In this document: positions 25,148 through 37,555 of the stretch, in pieces
Position numbering within the stretch: the first letter of the stretch is position 1
How the letters are laid out: each line of letters begins with the position of its first letter
NCBI RefSeq assembly: GCF_001194135.2
Contig: NC_068985.1
Location: 33,715,195-33,779,194, forward strand
DNA length: 64,000 nucleotides
Direction of reading: 5' to 3'
Source of the DNA: Octopus bimaculoides
Lineage: Eukaryota
Notes under the pieces: generated by a model
The model's input: only the letters and a program-made list of their open reading frames with translations
Database searches by the model: none
Told to the model about the DNA's origin: nothing
Translations under genes and position numbers: made by a program

Positions 25148-26240
25148 AGTCAAAATGCTTAGCGTCATTTAACCTGCCTTTACATTCTGAGTTCAAATTC
25201 TGCCAAAGTCAACTTTGCCTTCTATCCTTTCGGGGTGAATAATATAAGTATCAGTGATGTCAATGTAATCAACTAACCTTTTCCCCAATATCTGAGGCCT
25301 TGTGTCTATAGTAGAAAGGATAATAAAGCAGGAAGCTAGCAAAATCATTAGCATACTAGGCAAACTGCTTAGCAGCATTTCATCTATCTCTACACTCTGA
25401 GTTCAGATTGTGCCGAAGTCAACTGTGCTTTTCATCCTTTTGGGATTGATAAAATAATTACCAGTTGAATGCTGCAGTCAATGGAATTGACTTTCCCCCC
25501 TCCTCCAAACTTGCTGGCCTTGTGCCAAATTTGAAACCATAACTATTATTATTATTATTAAGTAGTGAAGTGGTAGAATTGTTAGGACATTGGGCAAAAT
25601 GCTTGGCAGCATTTCTTCTGGCTCTTTATATTCCAAGTTCAACCATTGCCAAGATCAACTTTGCCTTTCATCTTTTCATGGATGATAAAATAAGCACCAG
25701 TTGAGCACTCGGGTTGATGTAATTGACTAGCTCCGCCCACCAATTTCAGGCCTAGTGCCTATAGTAAAGAAGATTTTTGTTATTATTAGTGCTATTAGCA
25801 CAGCAGGATGATACAATCATTAGTGTCCCAGACAAAATGCTTAGTGGCATTTCACCCATCTTTATGCTCTGAGTTCAAATTCCACCAAGGTCAACTTTGC
25901 TTTCATCCTTTCAGGGTTAATGAGTACCAGTTGAACACTGGGCTCAATGTAATTAACTTAGTCCCTCCTTTACACTGCTGGCCTCATGCCAAACATTAGA
26001 TAGAATCATTATTATCATTATCATTAAGGTGGTGAGCTGGGAGAATTGTTAGCATGCTGGACAAAATGCTTAGTGGTATTTCACCTGTCACTATGTTCTG
26101 AGCTCAAATTCCACCGGGGTCGACTTTTTGCCTTTCATCCTTTTGAGGTTGATTAAATAAGTACCAGTTATGCACTGGAGTCAATGTAATCGGCTTAATC
26201 CCTCCCCCAAATTTGAGGCCTTGTGCTTCCAGTAGAAAGG

Positions 26241-26329
<89 letters not shown>

Positions 26330-26552
26330 GGCAGCAAGCTGGCAGAATCATTAACACACCAGGCAAAATGCTTAGTGGCATTTTGTCTGTCTTTACATTC
26401 TGGGTCAAATTCTGCCGAGGTTGACTTTGCCGTTTATCTTTTGGGAGTCGATAAATTAAGTGCCAGTGAAACACTGAGGTCAATGTAATTGACTAGTCCC
26501 CTCCCCCAAAATTTCAGGCCTTGTGCCTTCAGTAGAAAGGATTATTATTATG

Positions 26553-26603
<51 letters not shown>
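25148..26603 (+). mobile_element. Head-to-tail array of six family A tRNA-derived SINEs
   Basis: Units start near 25148, 25327, 25561, 25790, 26026 and 26328. Each has CAAAATGCTTAG..GCATTT, GAGTTCAAATT, CTTTCATCCTTT.GGG...AGTACCAG, GGCCTTGTGCC and an (ATT)n tail. Confidence 0.9.
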
Positions 26604-26634
26604 TAAATTAAAATGCATACTTGAATTTTATTTG

Positions 26635-27050
26635 ATTTGAGACTTATCTTTTACTTGCTGGGGCACTGCCTTTAAGGATTTAGCTGAACAAATCGACCCA
26701 GTCCTTATTTTATAAGTCTAGTACTTATTTTATCAGCCTCTTTTGCTGAACTATTAAGCTAGAGTGATGAAAACACACCAACACTAGTTGTCAAGCAGTG
26801 GGGGATGGCAGCAAACACAAACACAAAGACACACATAGGCATGCACACATGCATGCAGGCACACACACATACATAATGCATGCAATGGGCTTCCACACAG
26901 TTTCTGTCTACCAAATTCACCCACAATGCATTGGTTGGCTTGGGGCTCTTGTAGAAGACATTTGGGCCAGGATTCCACACAGTGGGACTAAACCTTAAAC
27001 CACATGACTGCAAAGCAAGCATCCTAACCACACAACCATGCCTGCAATGA
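26635..27050 (-). mobile_element. SINE family B
   Basis: Reverse complement of the family B head and body (GGGACTAAACC...CATCCTAACCACACAACCATGCCTGC). Confidence 0.7.
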
Positions 27051-27189
27051 AAATTGTTTATAATTCTAAAACCATTTTGAAAAATCTTTGGAAACCAGAG
27101 TGTCAGGAGGTGAAACATTAATAGTATCAAGATCATTCTTGTAATGTGTGGAAATCAGAGTGCTCGGCAGAAAACTACTCATCTAAATA

Positions 27190-27390
27190 TTGATTTCAAA
27201 TTTTGGCACAAATCCAGGAATTTGGAGGAAGAGGTAAATCAATTACATCGACTCCGATTTTATCAACCCTAAAAGGATGAAAGGTAAAGTCAACCTCAGT
27301 GGAATTTGAACTCAGAATGTAAAGACGGATGAAATGCCACCTAGCATTTTGCCCAGCATGTTCATGATTCTGCCAGCTCACCACCTTCAC
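27190..27390 (-). mobile_element. SINE family A
   Basis: GGATGAAAGGTAAAGTCAACCTCAGTGGAATTTGAACTCAGAATGTAAAGAC...CTAGCATTTTG...CTGCCAGCTCACC. Confidence 0.75.
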
Positions 27391-27628
27391 TCATCTAAAT
27401 ATTGAAACTGCAATAAATGCAGTGATAAATAAATTTGATTCAGGGTTGAGATGAGTTTCAACTCTATATGATATTAGATCTGTATTTAGAATAACCTTGG
27501 CAGTTCTGAACATTTTCATGTCACCACCTCAAAATATTAAATATTTTTAGTTTTACCAAAAGGTATATAAATACAGAAGTTGTGTGGGTTTCCAAGACTT
27601 GAGCTTTCAATATAAAACTGGCCATTAA

Positions 27629-28198
27629 CCCTTTAGCATTCAGATTACTCTATCAACTGTAATGCTTATTCATTTGCATTGTCTGGAATTGATCATGCAT
27701 TATCTTACAGCTTTGTGATTTTGATGATGTGTTATGCCTACAATATACTGTGTGGAGGTGCAATGGCCCAGTAGTTAGGGCAGTGGACTTGTTGTTGTGG
27801 GATCGTGGTTTCAATTCCCAGACTGGGCGTTGTGAGTGTTTACTGAGCAAAAACATCTAAAGCTCCATGAGGCACTCTTTCTTCCTATTTCTGTTGTACC
27901 TGTATTTCAAAGAGCCAGCCTTATCACACACCGTGTCATACTGAATCTCCCCGAGAACTACGCTAAGGGTACACATGTCTGTGGTGTGCTCAGCCACTTA
28001 TACGTTAATTTCATGAGCAGGCTGTTCCATTGATCAGATCAACTGGAACCCTTGTTGTCGTAACCAATGGAATGCCATGACAATGCACTGTCATTTTTAG
28101 AATGGCTTTTTAGGGTAAGTGTAAGGTGCTGGATCTGGCCAGTTTGGACATAAAACAGAATATTTGGACTGGAAATAGTTAGTTTAAACGTTAAAGGG
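27629..28198. mobile_element. piggyBac-type MITE interrupted by a SINE
   Basis: TTAA|CCCTTTAGCATT ... AACGTTAAAGGG|TTAA (TTAA at 27625-27628 and 28199-28202). Confidence 0.75.
27749..28078 (+). mobile_element. tRNA-derived SINE, family E, nested in the MITE
   Basis: Head TGGCCCAGTAGTTAGGGCAGTGGACT...GGTTTCAATTCC. Body shared with 21500-21780. Confidence 0.75.
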
Positions 28199-28479
28199 TT
28201 AATCAAAATATTATTTCTCAAGAAGCAGTCCATCAACTGGCAATATTTACCAGAGGAATATATTGACTGACATGGAAAAAGTTTAGGCTCTCTAGAAACC
28301 TAAGTGTTCTGATTTAAAAGAGCACACAAGTTGGTATGAGTGTAATTATGGGTATCATTGTATCCTATTCTTTATCTCCGGGGAAATTAGTAGTCTTGAT
28401 GACATGTGATGTAAGTTTCCTAACCTTTCACTACATATCATTGCCTAGCCACAGCTGATTTAAATTAAACAGCTGTCAT

Positions 28480-28543
<64 letters not shown>

Positions 28544-28662
28544 ATACTCACACACACACACACACATCGTATGCATATGTGCATGTGTGTTATGCATATG
28601 TACTTCTTAACAGCACAGCCATCCAACATACATACAACATATATATATATATATAAATAAAT

Positions 28663-28812
28663 ATATTTATTATTCTTGTACAAGAGTGTTGCTGACAGTA
28701 ATTTTGAAGCTTCACCAGCTAAGCGATTGTAGGACTGCAGTCCAATGACAGCTTGGCTGGCTGAAACTTTAACATAACTGTCAACAATATTCTTGTATAA
28801 GAACAATAAATT
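28663..28812. mobile_element. Fold-back element between (TA)n tracts
   Basis: TTATTCTTGTACAAGAGTGTTGCTGACAGT pairs with ACTGTCAACAATATTCTTGTATAAGAACAAT. Central palindrome GGACTGCAGTCC. Confidence 0.6.
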
Positions 28813-28894
28813 TGTGTTCCATAAAAGTATAGAGAAACACATCGCATAAATGTCAAAGTTTGCTTATTATTGCTAAATATAAGAACAAACATTA

Positions 28895-28929
<35 letters not shown>

Positions 28930-29272
28930 ATATGAGGAGTTTGGGTCAAGATGGCTCAAGCATATAGTTATGCATTCTGAGTGCTTAAATAGGTGTGCCA
29001 CCAAAATTCCAGTTAGAACAGTGGTTGAAGTTGTGGTTGTGTGAATAGCTGTTTTTTTTACTGACNNNNNNNNNNNNNNNNNNNNNNNNNNNNNNNNNNN
29101 NNNNNNNNNNNNNNNNNNNNNNNNNNNNNNNNNNNNNNNNNNNNNNNNNNNNNNNNNNNNNNNNNNNNNNNNNNNNNNNNNNNNNNNNNNNNNNNNNNNN
29201 NNNNNNNNNNNNNNNNNNNNNNNNNNNNNNNNNNNNNNNNNNNNNNNNNNNNNNNNNNNNNNNNNNNNNNNN

Positions 29273-29307
<35 letters not shown>

Positions 29308-29879
29308 GGAAAATAAGAAAATGGAGATAAATCAAATAATAAGTATATTTATTAACTGCAAAAATAAACATAATTTCTTACAGCTGAGTCATTTCATACT
29401 TTAAAGATTATAATTATGATAATTAAATCATTTTATAAAGCAGAATCTCATCAGAGGCATATGTTGTATGTATGTCAGATAACTGTGCTGTTAAGAAGTT
29501 CACTTCCCAATCAAGTCATTTCAGGTTCAATCCCTCAGTGATATACCTTGGGTTGGTGACTGTCCTCGTATAATTACTGTTATCAGCAGCAGTAGCTGTG
29601 TAATTTAGGGCTGCACTAGCCATGTAAATATGGCACGCAACAACCATAACTCTTACAGCAGGCACGTTTTTTTTATCTTACTGCAAAGACTGCATTATGT
29701 CCTTAGACAAGGCCCTTCACACAACTTGTCAAACAGCTTCATGCCAGCAGAAAATATTATTCATTATTATAATTATTATTAAGATGACGAGCTGGCAGAA
29801 TTGTTAAAGAGATGTTACAGTATGACTGACAGCTTGGGGAGGGGAAGTAGTGAAATATCTTCATGTAATACAACACAGA

Positions 29880-29924
<45 letters not shown>

Positions 29925-29942
29925 TATACACATGACAGATTA

Positions 29943-30222
29943 GACTGTTGGAAAAGAAAAATTCCTAACATTGGGCAACAACAAGTAACCTTAGATGCCA
30001 AGAGCCCTCCTAAGTATCCTAGCTGTTCCTAATAACACTGTTTTCTGTAGCTGTACTAAACTGGGTTCTACGCTTATTTCCTCTTTCCATCAGAGATAAA
30101 ACCCAGTTTAGTAAAGCTCCAGAAAAACAATGTTATTAGAGACAGCTAGGATACTTAGGTGGCTTCTTGGCATTTAAGGTTACTTGTTGCTCAATGTTAG
30201 GAATTTTCCTTTTCCAACAGTC
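29943..30222. mobile_element. Fold-back MITE with TA flanks
   Basis: Arms of about 125 bp (GACTGTTGGAAAAG...AAACTGGGTT / AACCCAGTTT...CTTTTCCAACAGTC). TA at 29941-29942 and 30223-30224. Confidence 0.75.
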
Positions 30223-30234
30223 TATTATTATTAT

Positions 30235-30797
30235 TTTAAAATAAAATATGGTCTGTTGTCTTCTGCTGAACTGGGGTCATCCCTTGACCCTAGGGTCACA
30301 GCAGGTCTTCATCTCATGGAGAGTACACGGCGTAAAATGTGTGCAGAGCCTAGCAACACTATTTTCTGAAGTCCTGCCACATTAACACTGCAAGAGAGTC
30401 TGTTGAGCTGCTTATCAAGGCCCTTTTTAATTAGCCCTAATACTCCAATCACCACTGGTGCTGTGCTGCTTTTCATTCCCCACATCTTGGTCACTCCTAT
30501 TTCTAGGTCTTTGTACTTAAATAACTTCTCAACTTCTTTAATGGACACATTTCTCTCTGATGGTACTATTACATTTATCATTAAGCATTTCTTATTCTTC
30601 CCATCTTTGATGATTATGTCCAGCCTGTTTACCTTGATTTCTTTATCGGTGTTGATTAGCATGCCCCAGAGTACTGTTACATCATCTTTTCCAGTCACAG
30701 TTTCAGGTTTATGCTGGTACCACCTTTCTGAAGTTGGAAGCTAGTAGTGTTTACATATCTTCCAATGGATATATTGTGCTACTCTATCATGTCTATA
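30235..30797 (-). mobile_element. R4/Dong-clade LINE 3' fragment (restriction-like endonuclease)
   Basis: ORF 30309-30698: VTVLWG..I.TDKEIKVNRLDIIIKD...EKLFKYKDL...LQKIVLLGSAHILRRVL. Flanked by (TAA)n. Confidence 0.8.
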
Positions 30798-30840
<43 letters not shown>

Positions 30841-30841
30841 G

Positions 30842-31445
30842 TTGTTTTATTTTTATAACGTGTTTTCACTTCACTACCGAGTGCAGCTCTGTGTGCCTTG
30901 GGTATGTGCTGTGGTTTGCTGTGATGCTCTTATGGTTACTGTATTGAAAGTGTTTTGCTTAGGATGTGTGCTGTGCCCCGTAGTGCAATTTTCTGTATGT
31001 CTTATATATTTGTAAGTCCTGGTGTTTTTGTTATGTATTTGTCTGAATATTTTTTTTATTATACCAAAGGCACCTACTATGATAGGAATTGTTTCTGTTT
31101 TTAGATTCCACATTTGAGTTACCTCTATTTCCAGGCCTTTGTATTTTGAAAGTTTCTCCATTTCTTTTAGGGAAACGTTGTCATCTGCTGGTATTGATAC
31201 ATCAATTAAAAAGCATTTTTTTCCTTCATGATCTTTGACAACTATATCTGGTATATTGGCCTTAATTTTTCTATCTGTGTGTATTGGCATATCCCAGAGT
31301 ATGGTTGCTTTCTCGTTTTCTGTGACCTTTTCTGGCGTGTGTTTATATCATCTTTTTTCTGTTGTTATTCCATAGTGTTGGCATAGCTTCCAGTGTATAT
31401 AGGTCCCAGCTCTGTCGTGTCTGTGAATATATTCCTTCTTATATT
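30842..31445 (-). mobile_element. R4/Dong-clade LINE 3' fragment
   Basis: YIHRHDRAGTYIHWKLC, then PIHTDRKIKANIPDIVVKD...LIDVSIPAD.N...EKLSKY..L.IEV...W. Flanked by (TAA)n on both sides. Confidence 0.85.
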
Positions 31446-31447
31446 CC

Positions 31448-31502
<55 letters not shown>

Positions 31503-31512
31503 CACTATTATT

Positions 31513-31891
31513 ATTAAGACAGTGACTTAGAATCAGCAATACTTTGGGAAAAATGCTTAGTGGCATTTCTTCCAGTTCTTTATGTACTGAGCTCAAATTC
31601 TGATGAGTTAAACTTTGTCTTTCATCCTTTCAGGATCAATAAGATAAAGTACCAATCAAGTACTGAGTTTGCTGTAATCAACTTGCCTCCTCCTACCAAA
31701 ATGTCAGGCCTTGTGCCTATAGCAGAATGTATTATCATTATTATTATTATATGATGAAAATTCACAGCTTATTTTGCTGGGTATGATGAAATGTGTCATC
31801 AGCTGTCCACAACCAGCAGACTAAGGTGACACTTGTTTACTGGTCATGCTTGAAGAACCCTGCAAAGAATTCTTGCAGTTCCAAAAAATCA

Positions 31892-31950
<59 letters not shown>

Positions 31951-32220
31951 GTTTTTGCTGTTGTTGTTGTTGTTGTTATTAATGCAGTAGTGGTGGTTGT
32001 GGTGGATTGGTAGAATCATTACAGCATCAGATAAAATATTTGTTGTATGTATTCCAGCTCTTTACATAGAGATCAAATCCCACTGTGGTCAAATTTGCCT
32101 TTTGTTCTTCTGGCATTAATAAAATAAAGTACCAGTCAAGTACTGGGATCAGTTTAATCAACTAACTCACTCCCCACTCCACAAATTTCAGGCCCTGTGC
32201 CTTAGACACAATTATTGTTA
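31513..32220 (+). mobile_element. Two family A SINEs, each following an (ATT)n tract
   Basis: Copies at about 31513-31750 and 31995-32220 with AAAATGCTTAGTGGCATTT / AAAGTACCAGTCAAGTACTG / GGCC.TGTGCC. Confidence 0.7.
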
Positions 32221-35200
32221 CCATCATTACCATTATAATAATCATTTCATCACATCAAAAATTTTCTCATTTTTTGTTTTTGTCCATCCATCATTTTGTG
32301 TATAAAAGAAAAAAAAAAAGAAAGAAACTAGAATTGCTAAAATCATTTTTTGGTGAGAAGCTGTATTAATACACGTTTTTTTCATCTGAGAAACACTTTC
32401 TCCAGGTATTCTAGTAATGATCTGTTCTTATCATTCATGAAAAATTGCTCAATTTTGAATGTAATAATTTTAGTGGCTTTTGGTAAAGTAATGCTATGTA
32501 AGTTTAGTTTTAATTTCGTTGTCAACTATTGCTACTTATATCTATTATCAAGATTGGTACTCATTTTGAAAACAAAATATTCTGCTGTAAAAAAGAATCG
32601 TCCACATTTTCCTTTTACTCAACAGGTTTTTTGATTTCTTTCCAACATTTTTTTCACTATTGTTGATTCCTGATGGAACAAAATTTTTAAAATACTATTT
32701 TTTTTCCAAGGGTATATAAACTACCAATTGTAAATATGCAATGGCAACATTTTTTTTTTACTTGCCTCAAAAATTGCTTTCATGATATGGAACTCTCTGC
32801 TCAGTTCTACAACCTCAATCTACTAGAAATTTAATGTAAGTGATCAGATATTGAATGACAATTCATCAATAAATGTGTATATTTCATGTTTGTTAGCCTA
32901 AGAAAGAGGATAATATGTAACCTTGTTAGATTCTTCTGAACTGGAATTTAGAATTTTCCATCTCTCTACAATCACAATCTGACATCAATTATACAAATTT
33001 CAAAAGTTATATCAGTTGCTTCAGCTTAAAGGGTGCATTCTTTATCTATATAATGGTGAAACTTCACTGCTTAAAAATTATGCATTTTATAAAGCAAGAA
33101 AGCAAAAATTAGTGTAAAGTATTTAGAGTTGAATTATGATGTTTCTAAACAAATTTTTCCCTCACAATTCTTCAAACGTATTTAAAATCTGAAAAATTTC
33201 TGAATAACTTTTAGTTAGTAAACATTTCAAATATGTTTAGGACATGTTTGACCTGTACAAAGGTTATATTCACTGCTATTTGTCTTTGAGAACATTTCTT
33301 GTTTTAAGCATTGGGTGTTGCAAAACACCAACAGTCATTTCAAGGCACTCTCTAGTGGAATTGGTGAAAGCATTTATAGTACCATGTACTGCATGAGAGA
33401 AACGGCCCTGAAATGGCTTTGGAAACATTTGTTTCCTTATAGTAAACCAGCATCAATATTTTAAAGTAATATTTTGATTCTGTGAGTGGGAGTTCTGGTA
33501 GCATTTATTATTGCAATAACAAATTATTTTCTTTTACATTACAATGTGTTTCCAGTCAATCAATTATTTTTGTCTCATATATCAAGGATATGTAATGATA
33601 TGTATTACTTTGTTAAAATTTTATTAGGTTTTGCATTATCTCTTCAAATATAAAGAGTTACTTGAGAATATTGTCATTATTTTTCAGAGATTTCATTAAA
33701 CTCTACTCCTATGTTTAAGGATAACAAATTTTGAAACCTCCTCAAAGGAGATAGAATAGTTGAATAAGAGAAACACTAAAGCACTAAGCTAAATGCCCTC
33801 CAGCATTTAGTCTTGTCTTCTGTACTCAGAGATAAAATTGTACCAGAGTTGACTTCAACTCTTATCCTTCTACATTCAGTAAAATGAATGCCAAACATGT
33901 TTTTAAAATGATACAATTAACTAAAAATGACTCTCAAAATTGCTGACCATGTGACAATACAACAAATGTCACAAATTAAGGTAAAAAAAAAACATCCAAA
34001 GTTTATAATTCTAAGAATATCTATTTTCTGAAATTTCTCATCTACTTAATTATATTCAAAACAAATTTTTTTCTATAGCTACTTGATCACTAAAAACAAA
34101 ATGAAACTTAATTTTTTAAAATTTATTCACATTCACTACTATTATCTATTTCTTTAACTTTGATGTACCTGACCTTAAAGTGATTTATTTTCTCTTATTT
34201 AATGCTGAGATAAAATAATTCAACATAACTCTCATTTAGGGAAACATAAACTTAGGTTTATTGATATTTTCTTCTTGTTTTTCAAATTGTCTTGCATTAT
34301 ATTAGGTCTGCTATTTGTAAAATGCAATATGTTCATATGCCAAATTAAGAAACAATTCTAGTCATTCACTAAAACCAATATTAATGATCAGAAATGAAAT
34401 AAAATAAGAAATATGGTTTATGTTTAATAATTATAAAATAACAAGATGATCCATGACTGTTACTGGAGTACTTATTATTAAGTCACCATTTATTATATAA
34501 TGTTTACATTAGCATCTTGATTTGTCCCCTGTTAAAATTAGCATTTAGTGAAATTAATTTCTTCCCTCTTTTTACATATATATGGCTCAAAATAAGGAAT
34601 GGCTATAACTGAAACATACAGCTAAGTATGTATATGTACTCCATCACTGGGTACAAATATATACTTTGTTCTTAGCTGTTATTTGTTGCATGGTGCTAGG
34701 TCAACCCAGATCAAGAAACTCTATTTTTTTATTTATTTTATATCACAGTTTGTGAACGCTGGCATTGTTGGTTACAGTTTTTCAATGGTCTGGTTCACTG
34801 CATCTCTAATAGCAAGAGAGTCAAGGGAAAGTCTGTAACTTGGTGGATTTTGTTGGAAGAGTACCACCTTTTTTGACAATCTTTTAGCAATATACAGAGA
34901 AAGAAAGAAATATACATAAAAATAGAACAAGTTTCCATCCACTAAATTCCTTTCTCAAAGTATTGACCACTCTGAAGCTTTTATAGAAGACCATGCCATG
35001 AGAATCAAACCCAGGATTATGTTGTTGTGAAGCAAACATTTTAACCACATACCACATACTGAAATGAAAGGCATTCCAACTGTAGCCATCTCAAATTATT
35101 CCCTTGGCACAATGCACCTAGTACTACATTATTCCTTTCTATGATGGAGGAAGTGATTTAAGGAAGGTTTATTTAATCTTTATAGAATGTATGTAATTCT

Positions 35201-36671
35201 TACTACAGTAACAACAACTTCCTGTATTTCAAGTAAAGCAAGATCAATATTTTAAAATACATTGTAACATTCAAAACCTAAATTTAAAAGTAAGTTTAAT
35301 GTGCTAAAGGTGTATTTTTTTCTTACAAAAATATGAAATGTTAATGAATTACCAAGAACATTTTTATAATATTTGTCAAGTGATCATTATCATCACAGAG
35401 CTTAATAATCTATATTTCATTATTGAGTAATATTGATTATTACCCAATAAGCACCACAGAGTGAAAGGTAAATCCTTGTGAAGCTGAGCCTGTCTAGTTT
35501 CCATTTCTTGTTGAAACCGTTTCACTTATGTTATGAAATATTTAGAAACAGCATGAATATCACACCACCATTTCCTCCTTTCCACTATAATTTCAAGGTA
35601 TGGTGCCTATTCAAAGAAACCCCACTTCATTGGAACATAATATTTGAATAATAAAAAATGAAAAATATGAGAAAGTAAATATGCAGGTGTGTGATAATCC
35701 TTCTTTATTATAACAGGTTTTTTTTATATTTCAGGATGCTGTGTGGAAAAAAATAATTTCCATTCATAAACATTCACCATTTTTTAATACTACTGTGTGT
35801 GTATAAATATATGAAAAATGGAGAGAGAGCTTGAGAGAGATTCATCAACTTGGTCTAAATTAATTCACTAAATGTACAACATACCTTTTATAATAATTGG
35901 TTTTTCTATTACTAAGAAATTTAATTGAGTCATCTATTGTTGATTTCTAAATATATGTTTATGGAGTGTTTTTAATTGAACATCAAGCCATACAGTTTGT
36001 GGTAGAGTGTATTTTGTGAGGGAGTGTATTTTACAAACACTTAATATTTCAAAATAAAAGCCAAACTCTTTGCACCTACTTCCAACATTGAATGGCATTT
36101 GTACAAATAAAATGTATTTGAACTGAATTTACCAATTCCCAGAAATTTAAAGCTTCAAAATTTAAGCAGAAATTTTTTTAATTTTAAAATAAGGCAGTTT
36201 TGGCTTTTTTTTTTTTACTTACTAATCATTAAAGAGTATCATAAAAGCAAAAGTTTGACCTTGTTGATATAATTTAAAAGCAACTTAAATTTCACTTGGA
36301 AGTTTGTTTTATAAGTTTTTGATACCACTCTGTTAGAGACTGTCCTTGGTTCTGGATACAAACCCTTTGTTTTAAAGTAATCTATATTATCTTCTTTCAG
36401 AATTTCATGTTAATTTATGTTTCAAACATCTACTTAATAATAACAAAGTTATTTTACTAAATTTTTTAATATTTTCAAAAATCTTTGAAATAAAAGCAGT
36501 CTAGTTTCAACAGAAATATGATAACAAAAGTGTTAAAATAGAACTAAAATATTAAAAATATTCTGTGATTTGATCATTACCTGAGATTAGCTTATAGGTG
36601 TTTCACAATTAAATATCTGCTGTCTCAGATCTAGTAAAAATCTTTGATATTAGAGTTACACAATGCTTCAT

Positions 36672-36713
<42 letters not shown>

Positions 36714-37555
36714 CACACAATGGCTTTATCCAACTACAAAAAAATTTTTTAACAAAGAAATTTGTATATATTCAATAACTTTATGCTGAACATGTATAAT
36801 GTGTTCATAATGTATTTAACATTTTTGATGGGTGCATTGCTTTGAATAGGAGTTTGATTGCAGTTACCTTGTAAATATGAATATAGTTACCTTTTATGAA
36901 TATAGTTATTATTAAGCCATTGGAATGTCTATAACTTTTATTGACAAAAAAAATTGTTATTTTTATCTTAATGCTAAGATATTTTAATGGCTATTCTTGC
37001 ATTCAAATACTCCACTAAGCATTCCATAAGCAACTTTTTAGCTGCAATTATTTTGGTATCAAGAATATAAATAATTGTTGAAAACAATTAGATGTGATAT
37101 TGGTTCATCAGATAATTTATACAGAGAAAAAGAAATTTTCCAATCTGAGAACATTGTAATTATTTCTTAGAGATTTCAACAAAGGCCATATATCTGTACT
37201 AATGAAAAAATAAAATTAAAATTAAAATAAAATGTCTGAGAATACTATTTGGAACTCTGTATGCATGCTTAATTAAAAGTATATTTATATTATCTTTCAA
37301 TTAATTCAATAAAGAATTTAGATACAAATGACTGCAAACTATTAAAAGGTGATCTGTGTACTAAGCAATCAAATGTCCACTATGTATTCATTTATTTAAT
37401 TTATGTTTTTATGTTGTTGTTTGTTTTGTTTTTGCTGTCGTTTTTATATTTTGAGGGGTGGCAGTAGCTAATACATTTTGGAAACTTCTCCATGTTTCTA
37501 TTATTGCTATTTTATGGTGGTTCACCACCACTACCATTATAATAGTTACTAACCA

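Noticed and set aside
25148-26603. CRISPR-like or satellite array
   Set aside because: Units are 180-300 bp diverged SINEs with Pol III boxes. There are no short identical repeats with unique spacers, and the context is eukaryotic.
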